Source: the human T2T-CHM13v2.0 reference genome, Homo sapiens
Assembly (NCBI RefSeq): GCF_009914755.1
Contig: NC_060937.1
Strand: one strand, 5' to 3'
Length of the DNA: 64,000 bases
Positions within the stretch are counted from its first letter, which is position 1, and every line of letters starts with the position of its first letter. Shown piece by piece: positions 44,486 through 57,900 of this stretch. Made by a program: the position numbers and the translations under genes. The notes beneath the pieces were generated by a model. It ran no database searches, was not told where the DNA came from, and saw nothing but the letters and a program-made list of their open reading frames with translations.

Positions 44486-44789
44486 ATTTATTTTTTTTTT
44501 AATGAGACAGAGTCTTGCTCTGTTAACCCAGCCTGGAGTGCAGTGGGCGGTCTCAACTCACCGTAACATCCGCCTCCAGGGTTCAAGCGATTCTCCTGCC
44601 TCAGCCTCCTGAGTGATAGCTAGGATTACAGGGGCCCACCACCACGCCCCGCTAATTTTTTGTATTTTTTTGTGGAGATGGGGGTATCACCATGTTGGCC
44701 AAGCTGGTCTTGAACTCCTGACATTGAGTGATCTGCCTGCCTCAGCCTCCGCCCTCCTCGGCCTCCCGCGTAAGCCACCGTGTCTGGTC
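44486..44789 (-). mobile_element. AluS (older) with a rearranged left arm
   Basis: Dimeric Alu; caaagtgctgggattacag is replaced by gccctcctcggcctccc. Confidence 0.9.
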
Positions 44790-45463
44790 GACTTCTATAT
44801 ATTAATCTACATCCATTTATGTGCTATTTGACAAAAAGAAAAGAAAAATAAAAACAACAATGTGCCTCATAGTAATTCCTATTTTGAAAATATACATTGT
44901 TTATATTTATAGTTATGAAATCGGTGGGGTTATAATTTCAGCACAAACTAGGTCAATCCTCCTTCCTAGGTATCAATTTAAACCTCAAAATTACTTCACA
45001 TTCACTTTTACTTCCTTCCCAAATAATACGAAAAGTGATCTAATCTAATCTTTTTAAGACTTACAAGAAACAGTCAGAATACAATTAGTTGACCAAATTA
45101 TTACCTGTGAAAAATAGAGTATCAAGTTAATGCTGCAATGAAAATCATAAGGAATCACAAACACAAAAAGCGAAATCACAAATGAAAATATAACTCTTTT
45201 CTTTTGAAAACTTTTCCATAACGTTTTTCACATTAACGTTTGGCAAATATTTCTTATACATATATATTATCACTCTTAGCAGTGCTCATTTAGCTTTCTC
45301 ATTTTTTCAGTCATTTTCAAGTAACCTTCTAGTAACTTTTGAAGGAAATACTTTCATTAAAGGATAACATATAGAGTGAAAAGTGCACAAATCTTACGCA
45401 CTGTCCTATGAACTTTTACTTGGTGAACACACCAATGTGAGCTTCACTCAGATCAAGAATATT

Positions 45464-45783
45464 GGCGGGGCGCGGTGGCTCAGGCCTTTAATCCAGCACT
45501 TTGGGAGGTCGAGGCGGGTGAATCAAGTGAGGTCAGGAGTTCGAGACCAGCTTGGCCAACGTGGCGAAACCCCATCTCTATAAAAAATACACAAATTAGC
45601 TGGGCATGGTGGCGCCAGTTCCTGTAGTCCCAGCTACTCAGGAGGCTGAAACGGGGGAATCAATCACTTGACCACGCAAGGCGGAGGCTTCAGTGAGGCG
45701 AGATCGCGATCATGCCACTGCATTCCAGCCTCCAGGCTGGGCAACAGAGTGACACTCTGTCTCAAAAATAAATAAATAAAAAT
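45464..45783 (+). mobile_element. AluS, probably inside an old minus-strand L1M 3' end (~45350-45900)
   Basis: Dimeric Alu with (TAAA)n tail; left flank aaaagtgcacaaatctta...cagatcaagaa. Confidence 0.9.
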
Positions 45784-46817
45784 ACATATACATATACGTA
45801 TACATATAAACACATGTATGTGTGCATATATCGTCAGAACCTTAAGAGCTTAAGTGTCACTTCCTTGTACCACTGCCTGCACCCTCACCCTCTGAAAGCT
45901 TTATTGATATTCTTTCATCTGGCACAACTAGAAAGGGAGAAGTTAGAACTACTGACCTGCAATTGATTTATCTCCCGAATACCATTAAGCAACTCCTAAC
46001 AGAAAGAAAAGAAGGGAATCAATTTGGCATAAACTCCTTTATTTTACGTAACTAAACTTATGGGTAAATTAGCTAACACTATTTCTTAGGACAATGAAAC
46101 TTATCTACGGAATGCCTGAGAAAGGCTGACCCTAAGCATTGCTTATAGATAATAAGTACAGAATTTATGAGTTAAAGAAAACTTCACAGAAACATTGATG
46201 ACAATGGAGATCTCTCAGACTAATTGTTCTTCTGTTGTGGATGTAAAATCACAAAACCTAGGGATTTAGCAGTTATAGGAAGCCCGGTAATACAGGTTTG
46301 CTGTGGAAGAACAGGGAGAGCCCGCTGTATGTGAGACTTATCAGGCTTTTTTCAGAAATGATTGCCTGTATCTTTGTCATTACTAGTGAAGCCTAGTTTT
46401 CTTGTTAAGATCTTAGATTTGTGTGAGTTTGATTTGACAATTCAATTATTTGTGTGTTATTTGTTTTGTGTTTATTTTATTTTGTGCTTTTTGGGGGGTT
46501 GCATATAGAAAAATAGAGTCTTTTGTTAGTGCTATATTGATCTTGAACCCTGCAGGTTTTCTAAATTCACTTAACAATTCAATTTAAACTGCTATTACTT
46601 GAATGTGTACAGTACAAATTGTCAGAAATTTCTTGTTTTATATCATATGGATTGTTTGTGTTGATTTTTGAGAGGTTGGAGGTGGAATCAAATACTTGTT
46701 ATAGAGTTACCTTTCTTGGCAAGAAGTTAATGCTAAAATAAGATTTATTTAAGTAAAAAATAAAAAAAATAAAATTTGTGTGGAAAAAGAATGTGTGTTC
46801 TTTATTTCCTGTGTTGA

Positions 46818-47339
46818 TACATGAACACGTGTGTTTATTGTGGCACTATTCACAATAGCAAAGACTTGGAACCAACCCAAATGTCCATCAATGATAGACT
46901 GGATTAAGAAAATGTGGCACATAGGAACCAACCCAAATGTCCATCAATGATAGACTGGATTAAGAAAATGTGGCACATATACACCATGGAATACCATGCA
47001 GCCATAAAAAATGATGAGTTCATGTCCTTTGCAGGGGCATGGATGAAGCTGGAAACCATCATTCTCAGCAAACTATCGCAAGGACAAAAAACCAAACACC
47101 GCATGTTCTCACTCATAGGTGGGAATTGAACAATGAGAACAGCTGGACACAGGAAGGGGAACATCACACACCGGGGCCTGTCCTGGGGTTGGGGGAGGGG
47201 GGAGGGATAGCTTTAGGAGATATACCTAATGTAAATGATGAGTTAATGGGTGCAGCACACCAACATGACACATGTATACATATGTAACAAACCTGCATGT
47301 TGTGCACATGTACCCTAGAACTTAAAGTATAATAAAAAA
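46818..47339 (+). mobile_element. 5'-truncated LINE-1 (L1PA4/5-like) with an internal 56-bp duplication
   Basis: ORF 46914-47129 [23 protein letters not shown]...SLIGGN; 3' end gtaccctagaacttaaagtataataaaaaa. Confidence 0.95.
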
Positions 47340-47426
47340 TGAGGAAATTAATTATATCTAACGAATTAGATTGTTCTGAGTATTAAATTTGTTAAGATAT
47401 GTAAAGCTCTTAGAACATTCCAAGGA
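47336..47426 (+). mobile_element. MIR 3' half
   Basis: aaaatgagga...gattgtt.tgagtattaaat...atatgtaaagctcttagaaca. Confidence 0.65.
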
Positions 47427-50189
47427 TGGTAATTTTTGTTAATGTATTGTATGTGATATTTGCTTATGCATGCAAGATTATGAAGTGAGTAATATTTATG
47501 GAAAATAAGATTAGAGAAAACTAAAAAAAATTAAATAGTCATCACTGATAATATGGCTGCTTTATTTTGTTTCTATACTTGTCTCCATACTACTTTTTCC
47601 TATCAATTTATTTTTTCTAGAAACTTCTGTATCACATAATTTCTGACAAAGATAACTTTCTGAAAAATTTTATGATAAAATGGGAAATATTAGAATAACT
47701 GTATTATTTTAATTGATGTAAGCTAGGACCACCCACTTGGGAACTAGCCATTTTCGAGTCTCTTTTGACATATTTTTCTCCTATCTATATATCCGTAGGG
47801 CAAAAACATGTAAAGTGTGTGATGTATCCACCTGTTAGCTCTGTTGTTCCATAAGCTACTTAATGCCAGCCAACTTCAGTGTTTTGTAATTGGTGATTTA
47901 TTGGATTCAACCTAGATAGACAAGTAAAACAAGAGAGAGCAAACTAAATTGCATTATTTTAGTGCTTCTTTTTTTAACGTAAAAGTGAGGGAAATTAATT
48001 ACAACTAAACTAACAGTCATATCTGTAAGTGATGCAAACATGAACATTTTACCCCTCGATAATGAAGCAAATCCTCTTACAAAGATGAGGAAGATGGAGC
48101 ATGGTGTTCCTGAGCTTCCCCTTTCAAGTATAATCAGATTGGATTCCGTGCTGGCCTTATGCTTTCTATCTCTGCAATGTTAATACAGCTACTGTGCCTG
48201 CATAAGCATTTTTCAGTTTTGCAATATAAATAAAATAGCAATTACCACATAGAATGACTTAAAAGTTTGCAGACAAGCAAAGAATGTGGTACTTGGGAAT
48301 GGTACTTGGTAAATATTCAGTAAATGTAACTTCAACCAATATTATTGTGGTACAGATAATAAGAGAAATAGTTTTCATTTTTTTAATCTAGCATTGGATG
48401 AAGGTTTTACCTAATGTTTATAGGACTTCACCAATGGATGAGTATCCTAAAATATAAAAACTTATTATTTAGCTATTTGACAGTTCTTTACTATTTTTGG
48501 AAAGATATTTTAATAATCTTTAAATATCAGATAGTGATTTTCTATATTGTCTTTAGAACACCAAAAGCAAAGCCATGACAAGGAATACATTTGATTTTCT
48601 TCTTCTTGGATTTGATAGTGGGGACATGTCTAGGGGTGGTAAGAAAATGTCGAGTTTTAATTTTGAAGAATATTTTCACTTGACAATTTAAAATTTCTAC
48701 TTAATTGTTTTCAAACAGTTGTCATGTGCTTAACCATAATTGTATTACGAATATGTTAATGTGCATTTCAATAAAATGTGAAAACACAATGTATTTTTGA
48801 AAAAGCAAATGTGGGAATAATCCGAGTTGCTATGGCATACACATGTCCTTTAGTGGGCTGGCTTATGCCACCACGATTAAGGCATCCGGAGAAATAGGTA
48901 TCAATATTTTCCTTGTGATATACTCACTAATCATTACTTTACTCATCCAACTGATAGCATGTCGTCATTTGCAATACATATATTTTTATGATATTTAAGA
49001 TTTTCAAATAACACAAATTAAAATTTTATTTTTTCTATATTTTTATCTGTGCTAAAACATTTTGTTTTACTATGAAGATTCAAATTGCTCAGTAAGCAGC
49101 TAGTATATTTGGGTTTTGTAACATATTTCTAAACAAATATTTTGTTTCTTCATCCTTTAAAATGTCAGCAAGTCAGGAACATAGTAAGTGATATCGTTAT
49201 GGTAAAGAGATGTACCTTTATTTGCTTTGGTATTCTTATTCTTTTTCTATACTGATAAATGAATTAAAAAGTCCATGTAAATATTTTGTTTACCATAAAA
49301 TCAATGTCCCAGTTCATATAAACCTCTAAAAATGAAAAAAAAATGTAGGGAGTTAGTTAAAATTTGTTTAAACTCCAGTGCAATTTTCAAGTATGTATTG
49401 TTTCCAATACAATTTAGACATCAATTCATGGATTGGTTTTCAAAAGCTTCATTATGAAAGTATTTCATGTAGTCTTTCATTTTAGGAATGCCTAAGGCAT
49501 GATTTGTTAGTACTACTTATTTTCATGGTTATATATTCGCATCTACTCTGTGAAGAACAGAAAAAGAATAATGAATACATTTCAGGGAGAAGATCTGTAA
49601 AACAGGCTTTACATGTTATTTAAAATGAAGCCCTCTTCTCAAGAGATTGTTTTACCATTTCAAGAAAGAATACATTAAATAGTCAGTCCCATACACCGCC
49701 CAAATAAACTAAGTCTAAAACAAAAAATATGTGCATGAAAGAGAAAAATGTTTCCTGCCCCCCCGCCCCTTGCAAAGTATATATGTCTTTCTGTTTTGGC
49801 TGTATCTACTGTGACTACACCTGACCACCTTTTTCATTCCTTTAGCTCTATGCAGAGCTGAACACTGGGCAGCAATTTTTAGAATTATGCTGATTGGGAT
49901 AATCTTCTTCATGATGTGCTGATTTCAAAAGCCTAGTATCCCTGGAGTTGAATTTGGAAAGCTGTAAATCGGTTTCCTAACACTACATTTTGCAATGTGT
50001 AAATTAATAACTTGGCATTTCACAGCTGTTTTAAAGGCTGTGCTTTAAAGAATGAAATATCAATCACAAATATACATCTACCCAGAAATGTCAAATCCCA
50101 CCCAAATGAATACCACTGCAAATTAGCAGCAGGTCACATTGTTCTGCTGTTCTTTCACCTGTGATGCATTTCCTTCTTTTCCAGGTTAA

Positions 50190-50208
50190 GAGCGCCCCCT
50201 GGAGAGGC
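50190..50208 (-). promoter_or_regulatory. Candidate CTCF binding site
   Basis: Minus strand reads gcctctccagggggcgctc, 13/15 match to core CCACCAGGGGGCGCT, with a retained CpG in unique AT-rich sequence. Motif evidence only. Confidence 0.6.
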
Positions 50209-50296
50209 TTAAAGCTATTTTCTACCCCATATAAAAGATGGGTGGTGAGCTGCTTTAATAACAGAACATAGTATCCAAATGCTAAGCCTATTTGAA

Positions 50297-50520
50297 AGAG
50301 GCAGTGTGGTATAGTAAAAGAAGAAATTAAACTGGGGTCAAAATACCTGGATTGAATTCCCAAGCCTGTGCTTAGGAGTTATTTGCATTTAGGCCTCTCA
50401 TGACATCAGTTTTCACATCTTTAAAATTTGCCTCACCTGTTCCACAGGGTTATCTAAAATTGCCTTGCCTACCTCAAGAGGCTTACAAAGTTAACATTGC
50501 CTAATAAATATTCAGTATTA
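50297..50520 (+). mobile_element. MIR
   Basis: gaggcagtgtggtatagt..aaga...acctggattgaattcc...tcagttttcacatctttaaaat. Confidence 0.75.
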
Positions 50521-50889
50521 GTTTTCAAAATAAGCTTAGAGAATTATAGAGATTATCAATGCTATAAAGATTAATGTTTCTTTCTATATGATATGCTAAT
50601 GTATGGATGTGTCCCTGGTTCAAGAGGTTACTAGAGGATCATTAATTTGTCTCCCATATGAATAATTAATAAAATAAATTATTATTTAGTGACTGAGTCC
50701 ATGTGAGTAAATATAGGTCAGAGCTACTTAACTACATTTCATGCCTAAAGGACTTGTATTATCTCTTCACCAATTTTCTAACTATCAAATTCTGTCCCTA
50801 ATATGCCATTTCTAATTTCCAAGTAGTGATTTACTCTTGGAATTTTAAAAAAATATTTCTGTTCTTTTACTATCTGCATGAAGTATATA

Positions 50890-51035
50890 TTATATTATCT
50901 GTTGGGTTGAATTTGTGTCTTCCCAGCTGGACTGTAAAATACTTAAGAATGGGAAGAATGTTTTATTCACTTGCATTCAACACATTGATCTATACACAGA
51001 AGGGATTCAATAGAAACATACAGAGTGAGTGAATA
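50890..51035 (+). mobile_element. L2 3' end
   Basis: tgtcttcccagctggactgtaa...ttttattcac...tcaata...gagtgagtgaat. Confidence 0.6.
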
Positions 51036-51728
51036 AGACATATACTAATTGTGTATTATATTTAATTTCATTCAGTCCTGGAGCCAGCCAGTATTTCCTG
51101 GTATCTTTTAAAAAAATTAATATGAAGGATGATATTAAGAAAATATAATCTGCCATTCATTAATGTCCTCATTTCAATGAATTATCCATAATATTTTAAG
51201 AACAAATATTTTGTTGGAAAAAGCTATGCATGGAAGCACTATTTTCTGAAGTGAAATTTTATCCAAACCATGTGGGTGGTACTATGGCTGTACCTTTTTT
51301 AAGTTTTAATATTTGTTGTTTATGAGTAAAATGAACTTATCAAATGCATATGAAAGGTTCAGAAATATTATAAATGAACTAAATATTCATATTAATCAAT
51401 TACTTTAATTAGGATCAATTCCACCTATAGAGTTTGACATTACTATTTTAGAAACTATTTTGATTTAATTCTGTGTTGGATTATAAAAAACAAGTTACAA
51501 AAAAAAATAAAAATAAGATCCTCTTTCTTGCGTGATATTCAGGGGAGCCATATCCCAGGGAAGTAATAACAAGCAATCTTCTTATAAACTTGGGTAACAA
51601 ACCATATATCATCCAAAAAAGCTATTAAGCATTAAAATTTATGAGAACACATCCATATACCCATAAAAATTATAAGAGTGACTTGAGGATGGCTGCTTTA
51701 GTATTTTACAAAATTTTATTAGAAATAA

Positions 51729-52090
51729 TGTCTTAGTTCATTCAGACTGCTGTAACAACAAAATAGCTTAAACTGGGTGGCTTATGTACAACATAAATTT
51801 ATTTCTCACAGTTTTGGGTGCTGGAAGTCCAAGATCAAGGCCCTGGCAGATATGTTGTCTGATGATAGCCCGCTTCCTCATGGACAATGCCTTCTTGCTG
51901 TGTTCTCACATGCTGGAAGGGACAGAGTCTCTCTAGGGTTTCTTCTACAAGAACATTAATCCAATAGATGAGGGCGCTGCTGTCATGACCTAATCACCTC
52001 CCCAAATCCCTACCTCCGAATATTATCATACTGGAAGTTAGTATTTCAACATATTAATTTTTAGGGAACGCAAATACTAAGATGATATGA
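51729..52090 (-). mobile_element. MaLR solo LTR (MLT1A-like)
   Basis: tgtcttagttcattcagactgctgtaacaa...atttatttctcacagtt...ctggaagtccaagatcaagg...catgacctaatcacctccc. Confidence 0.9.
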
Positions 52091-52935
52091 GATAATATTA
52101 TACATGGTGAATGTTCTATGACAATCCTCTCCATCTTCACAAGTCATACCGGATGGCTTCATCTATTAATACCTCCAGCACTGGAAATAGTATTCTGTTT
52201 CTTGTCCTGGAATGAAATTAGCTTTACATAATTATCTCCATGCTAATAAAAAATAAAATCTTGTTTTAGATTCTTCACACTAATGTAAAACCAGTTTTGA
52301 AGATATAATGATTAAATGGAGGTATTTGGCTATACAGCAGGATTTTGCTGGTGTTCCTGTGAAGAATCAAATACATGGAAAGGCTGAAACTCCAAAATCA
52401 AATGCAAAAGCAAGCTAAATTCTGACAGCCTACTAAGACATAATTTAAAATAAAGATTATTTCTTTATTTCCTGCAAAGACATAATTACAAGATATTCTG
52501 GCTCAATTTTAGAAACACAGTCACGCATCCTCTAACTCATATGCACGCTTTTCTTTTCTCACTATGCATCGCTCAACCTTCAGGACCTGAATTTGCGCTC
52601 TAATTCCACTGACTGTACTGGGCTGGGACTGGGGAACAGTTTCTGCCGCATTCACTATTACTTACCTCCTGGTCACATCCTGCTTTCTCAGAAGCAGGTT
52701 TAAGTCTTTCTGATCAGTTTAAAGAGACAAAAACCACAAAACAAAAAAAAACAAAACAGTAAAAAATAAAGTTTAGGCATTTTCCCACAATTTCTGGTTC
52801 TGATTCATACAGCTCAGAATTTTATTTTTGGAAATTGATAATGTATAAAGAAAAAAATGTATCTGGGCAAAATCATCTTCAAAGTTAGAAGATACTGGTT
52901 AAAGCAGAATTGTCAATATCTTTCTGCAGATTGTG

Positions 52936-53018
52936 ACACACACACGCACACACATATACATGTGCACATATGTACATGTACATGTGTGTGCATGTGTATG
53001 TATATGTGTGTATATACA
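52936..53018. repeat. (CA)n-to-(TG)n alternating purine-pyrimidine tract
   Basis: Direct inspection. Confidence 0.85.
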
Positions 53019-53204
53019 GAGAGAGAGCCTTACAATATTCATGTACATTTTCCAGGAAATTCTACTTTGAAAAATTTATTTTGATATTACTATAATATGA
53101 CTTACCTAAATTTATATATATCACAGACTATTAGAAAGGAGAAATTGGAAACACTGAAATATCCAATAAGAAAACTAGAGTTTAAATATATTAAGGTTCA
53201 AGTA

Positions 53205-53370
53205 GAATATAGTTCTTACATGTTTCACAGCACATTAGAGTATCTACAGTTAACAAAAATGTATTATACTCAGATGACAAATCCCGAATATCCTGACTAG
53301 ATCACTACACATCGTACACATGGAACAAAAGTTCACATGTACCCCATACGTTTGTATAGAAAAAAAAATG
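53205..53370 (+). mobile_element. LINE-1 3' end (L1MA4/5-like)
   Basis: cagttaacaa...tcctgactagatcactacacat...ttcacatgtaccccata followed by an A tail. Confidence 0.75.
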
Positions 53371-54403
53371 TTTAAAAAGAAAATTAAAGAATTTCAAAAC
53401 AACAACAAAAGAATACAGTGTAGGTATTTTCAAAGGTACAATTCCCATTTATAACGTACTATTAAGTTAAAAATTAAGAATATTGTGTTCTATGTGACTG
53501 AAAATATTATTGTTAGAAAAAAATATGCAGATGTTCTTAACTACTTATAATTGGTAAGATAATCATCTTTTGCTTATCTGTATTTTGTTTATATTCTAAA
53601 AAAAGTTTATATATATTTATATATATCTTTTAAAATTCAAAGTTAAGTTAAAAGTAAGCTAAAGAAAATCATTCTTCCCAATAAGAAAGACATTTATATC
53701 ATTTGACAATAAAATTCCACTAATAAAAATCATCTCAAGATGAATTAAAAGAAGAGCTATTCACTAAGATTTATGTGAAATGACAAAGTGGTTATGTTCA
53801 CATTAGTGAAGACCAAAAATAACCTGATTATGTTAGAAAGTATTTTTAAATAATATATGGTAAAACCTTTCAAAACATTACTCTTAAATATATATTTTAG
53901 GAAAATGTAAATGGAATGAAAAAATGAAGAGAAGATTGAAAACAAGAGAGTAAAATGATACGTATAACACCTAAAGGTTTTCTTTTTAAGTCAATATACT
54001 GTAAGAAGAAACAAACAAACACAAATTCTAGCTATATCAGGGAGATGTTGCTTTCAGATGCATATTCAGTTTCAGAAATTTTAAAATGTAAAGAATTCAC
54101 ATTGATGATTGAGCACATACAGGTGTGAGGAAAAGAGAAAATATACAAAATACTAAGTCAAAAAATAGGGGTATAAATTCGTTCGTGGATTTGACTTTTT
54201 TTCAAAAAAAATTGTAAAGTAATAACAATTTTTTCTCTAACTATGCTATACTGCTGCTCTTCTACCGCTAGTATACTTCCATTATTACTACTACCTTATC
54301 CACTACTCTAAATAGGAATACCACTAATTAAATATTATCTTCTCTCTATTAAGCCCTTTATTGACTCATTTAATTCTTATAATAATGCCATTGTTAAATT
54401 TCG

Positions 54404-54747
<344 letters not shown>

Positions 54748-54770
54748 TTTGATAATGCCTTTAAAAACCA

Positions 54771-54939
54771 TTTTTTTTAAGAGATGGGGTCTTGCCTTGT
54801 TGCCCAGGCTGGAGAGCACTGGCTGCTCATAGGCACAATCATAGCACAATACAGCCTGGAGCACCTGTACTCAAGCAACCCCTCCTGCCTCCATCTCCCA
54901 AATGACTGGAATTACAGACATGAACCACTGCACCTGGCT
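54771..54939 (-). mobile_element. FAM (fossil Alu monomer)
   Basis: ~170-bp monomer retaining ggctgctcataggcacaatcatagc, similar to the 7SL-derived ggctattcacaggcgcgatcatagc. Confidence 0.75.
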
Positions 54940-57900
54940 GCCTTTGAGTGATGAGAAATTTAAGGATTTGTTAAGAACCCTGAAGTAAATTGCCAAACAT
55001 AAAAGTACTTATTTTCGTTTTTCTTCTATATAAGCTCAACTTCATATTGATTTACAAAGACTCCATGTATATTTTTAAATTTCATAAAGGATTTCCATAA
55101 ATTGTACTATTTAAACCAATCAGAAACCCTTTTATTCTGGTGGAGCAGTCACTGTTTTCCAAGTATACTATTTGAAGCATAGAAATGAGACACTTGAGAC
55201 CTATATAAAATATTTGAACATTAATACTTATTCTATGAACAAAGGCCACTGAGAGATGAAAACAACAATCATGACATGTGGCACTCGCTTCATCTTTGCA
55301 CTTGTTATTTTGTGTTCTTGGTCACATTGCTCAGTTTCTTCTTCAGTTAAAGGAGTGAAGAAGCATTTGAGTAAGAAAACAAAGGCTCAAAACGGTAGTG
55401 GGAGGACAATTAGTGCTAGTTGTTAATAGTAGTAGTAGTAGTAGTAGTAATAGCAGCAGATACAGTATAAGTAATGTTTATCTTTGGATATGACTTTAAA
55501 ATATTTTGAGAGTCTTAAAGGAATCTATAAATTCATGTCAACAAGGCTACTCCTGAAAGTATAAAATGTATGAAAAATTATTATAAAAAGTCTTTTTTAA
55601 ATAGCATTTTTTCTAGCTCCAATATTACCTACTCTACTAATATTCCTAACATCCTCAAATTCTTCTCAAATAATTATAATTTATCATAAGAATAGTCCAT
55701 TTGTTTTGTTTTTAAATATTCACTTACTACTGGATGAACTTCTGATTTTTTGCCAATTTCTTCTTTGTTCTCACATCAACCCTTGTTATCCCATAATTTA
55801 CTAATGCTTGGAAAAAAGATTTTTTAAGTAGCTGCTGCTGCTATCTGATAATTAAACAAACAAAAAAAAAGCTTGCTTTTCATCGCTTCCAAATGAGGGT
55901 GACGTGTGTCTTAGTGTGCAACAGTGATGGGACACCACGTTGACTATGATCAATATCAGTAGATAAAACCTATACTTAAAGAAGCTCTTTGTGTTCTTCA
56001 ATAGTTTTTAGGAGTACAAGGGGGCCTTGAAGAAAGTGAAATTATAGTGAACATGTTCCTATTTATAGCAAACATTATGGAAAAGTACCACTGGAACAAT
56101 CGACCATAGGCCATGACCACTAGAGGTCAATATTACAGGAACTGAGTCGTTAACAAACTTAACTTTTAAATAAACAACTGAAGTATTACGTCCAGCAGCA
56201 GTTGAGCCACCATCCAAGAGGTATCCTTCTGATTCTTCTAAGTAGTCACTTCTATCTTGTAGGACAAAGAGAGAGAGAGAGGGTCAAGAAAGATTTGACT
56301 GATGTCACCACATCCTTTTCTCTGAAGACCTGGCAATTAAACATTGCATTCGAACTGTTTATGTGGAAGGATAGCAATCCCCACTCTTCAATTCCGCTGT
56401 GCCTCTGGCTAATTCACGAAAGAGAAGTACATAACAGACTAGAAGAATGTTAGTTTTTCTGTAGCTTTAATTAACAACTTCCTGTTTAAAAATTTAAATT
56501 CTGGAACATTCCCAGTTGGATTGTCAGAATGGAATGTTGTGCCCTGCATTTGTGATTCCTCAAGCCTATTTTTATAAACTTTGTGTATCCTTTGTGTCTA
56601 CCATAGAACCTAGGACTGATTCTGCATACCATGAATATATACTGAAATAATAAATCATCACCTTTTTTTGTCCTGTATACATTTCTTGGATGTACAAGGC
56701 ATAACCTGAAGTACAACACTCAGGAATCTACTTTAATTTAATTTATTCTATCAATTTGAAAGGCCCAAACATATCTAACATTGCTCTTGAACAATGAGTT
56801 ATCTTAGCCACAAGAGCTAACTGCTTCCAGAATTTCTGTTATGGCATTGGGATATTGAGCTGTATATCTTTGTCTATTCACCTGTCTTTGTAATAGCATT
56901 CAGTATTTCTCTACCCGCTAGCATAACCCTAGTTTTATGCAAACTTACTTTTATCTTTAAAGGCAGTAGGAACTTACATCAATCATTCCTGCTCCCTAAT
57001 TTTCCAAACAGTAAAACCTGGCAATTTCTCCTCTAGTTTGTTATCATAATACACTCTTGAAATATTTAATGAGTTTGAATCTAAATCTGAACTTGCTTCA
57101 TGAAGCAAAACATTTTATGTTGCAGCTGAGTAGCAACTCCTCTCATTAAATAAAGCTGGTGATATTCTGTAATAGATAATAGTTTCAACAAATTTTCATA
57201 CAAATGGAAGTAGTAGCTAGTAGAGAGACAGGCTGTTCATTCAAAACATTGTCGATAAAAAATTAGCCAATATTTTCATACCATATGTTGTGCCTATAAA
57301 CAGTCTTAATATTAGAAATAAAACATTTAGATTGTTGTTATTAAATTTTTGGCTATTTTTGAAAAGATAATCTCTAGATTAAAAAAAAAAATTTAAAAGT
57401 GCTGTGAGGTTAATGGTTTTGCTGTGTGACAGCAAGGACCTACTGCATATTTGTCCTTGCTTTTTAACCTTTCCTAAAAGGATAGAGTTTATAATATTTC
57501 AGAGAGGATGTTCTCTATTTCCATACTCAAAACAATTAGAGTTTAAGAGGGTCCAGGAAAAATACTTAGTTACATTCTCTTGCCGATACAATACGGACAG
57601 TCTCCAAAAGCTCTGGATGCTCACTCAGATATTGTTCGTTGAAGGCAAAGACACACTGAGCAAAAGATGGCCTCCCAAATATTTACTTTTATAATTTAGT
57701 TATTGATTTAATCTACATCTCTAAGAATTCATCTCCTTGGTCTTTTTGGTTTTTATTAATTGAGTACAATAAGATCACGTTATAACTAGCTTATATATAT
57801 GCATTGAAAAATATAGGCAGAAATTAGATTAAAATCTTTAATTCTTCTCTCAAATAGACTACTAATTCTGATTGTTTGACATCGTAATCCACGTACAAAG

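Noticed and set aside
50113-50142. Second CTCF-like sequence gcagcaggtcacat
   Set aside because: Lacks the GGC core positions; match too weak.
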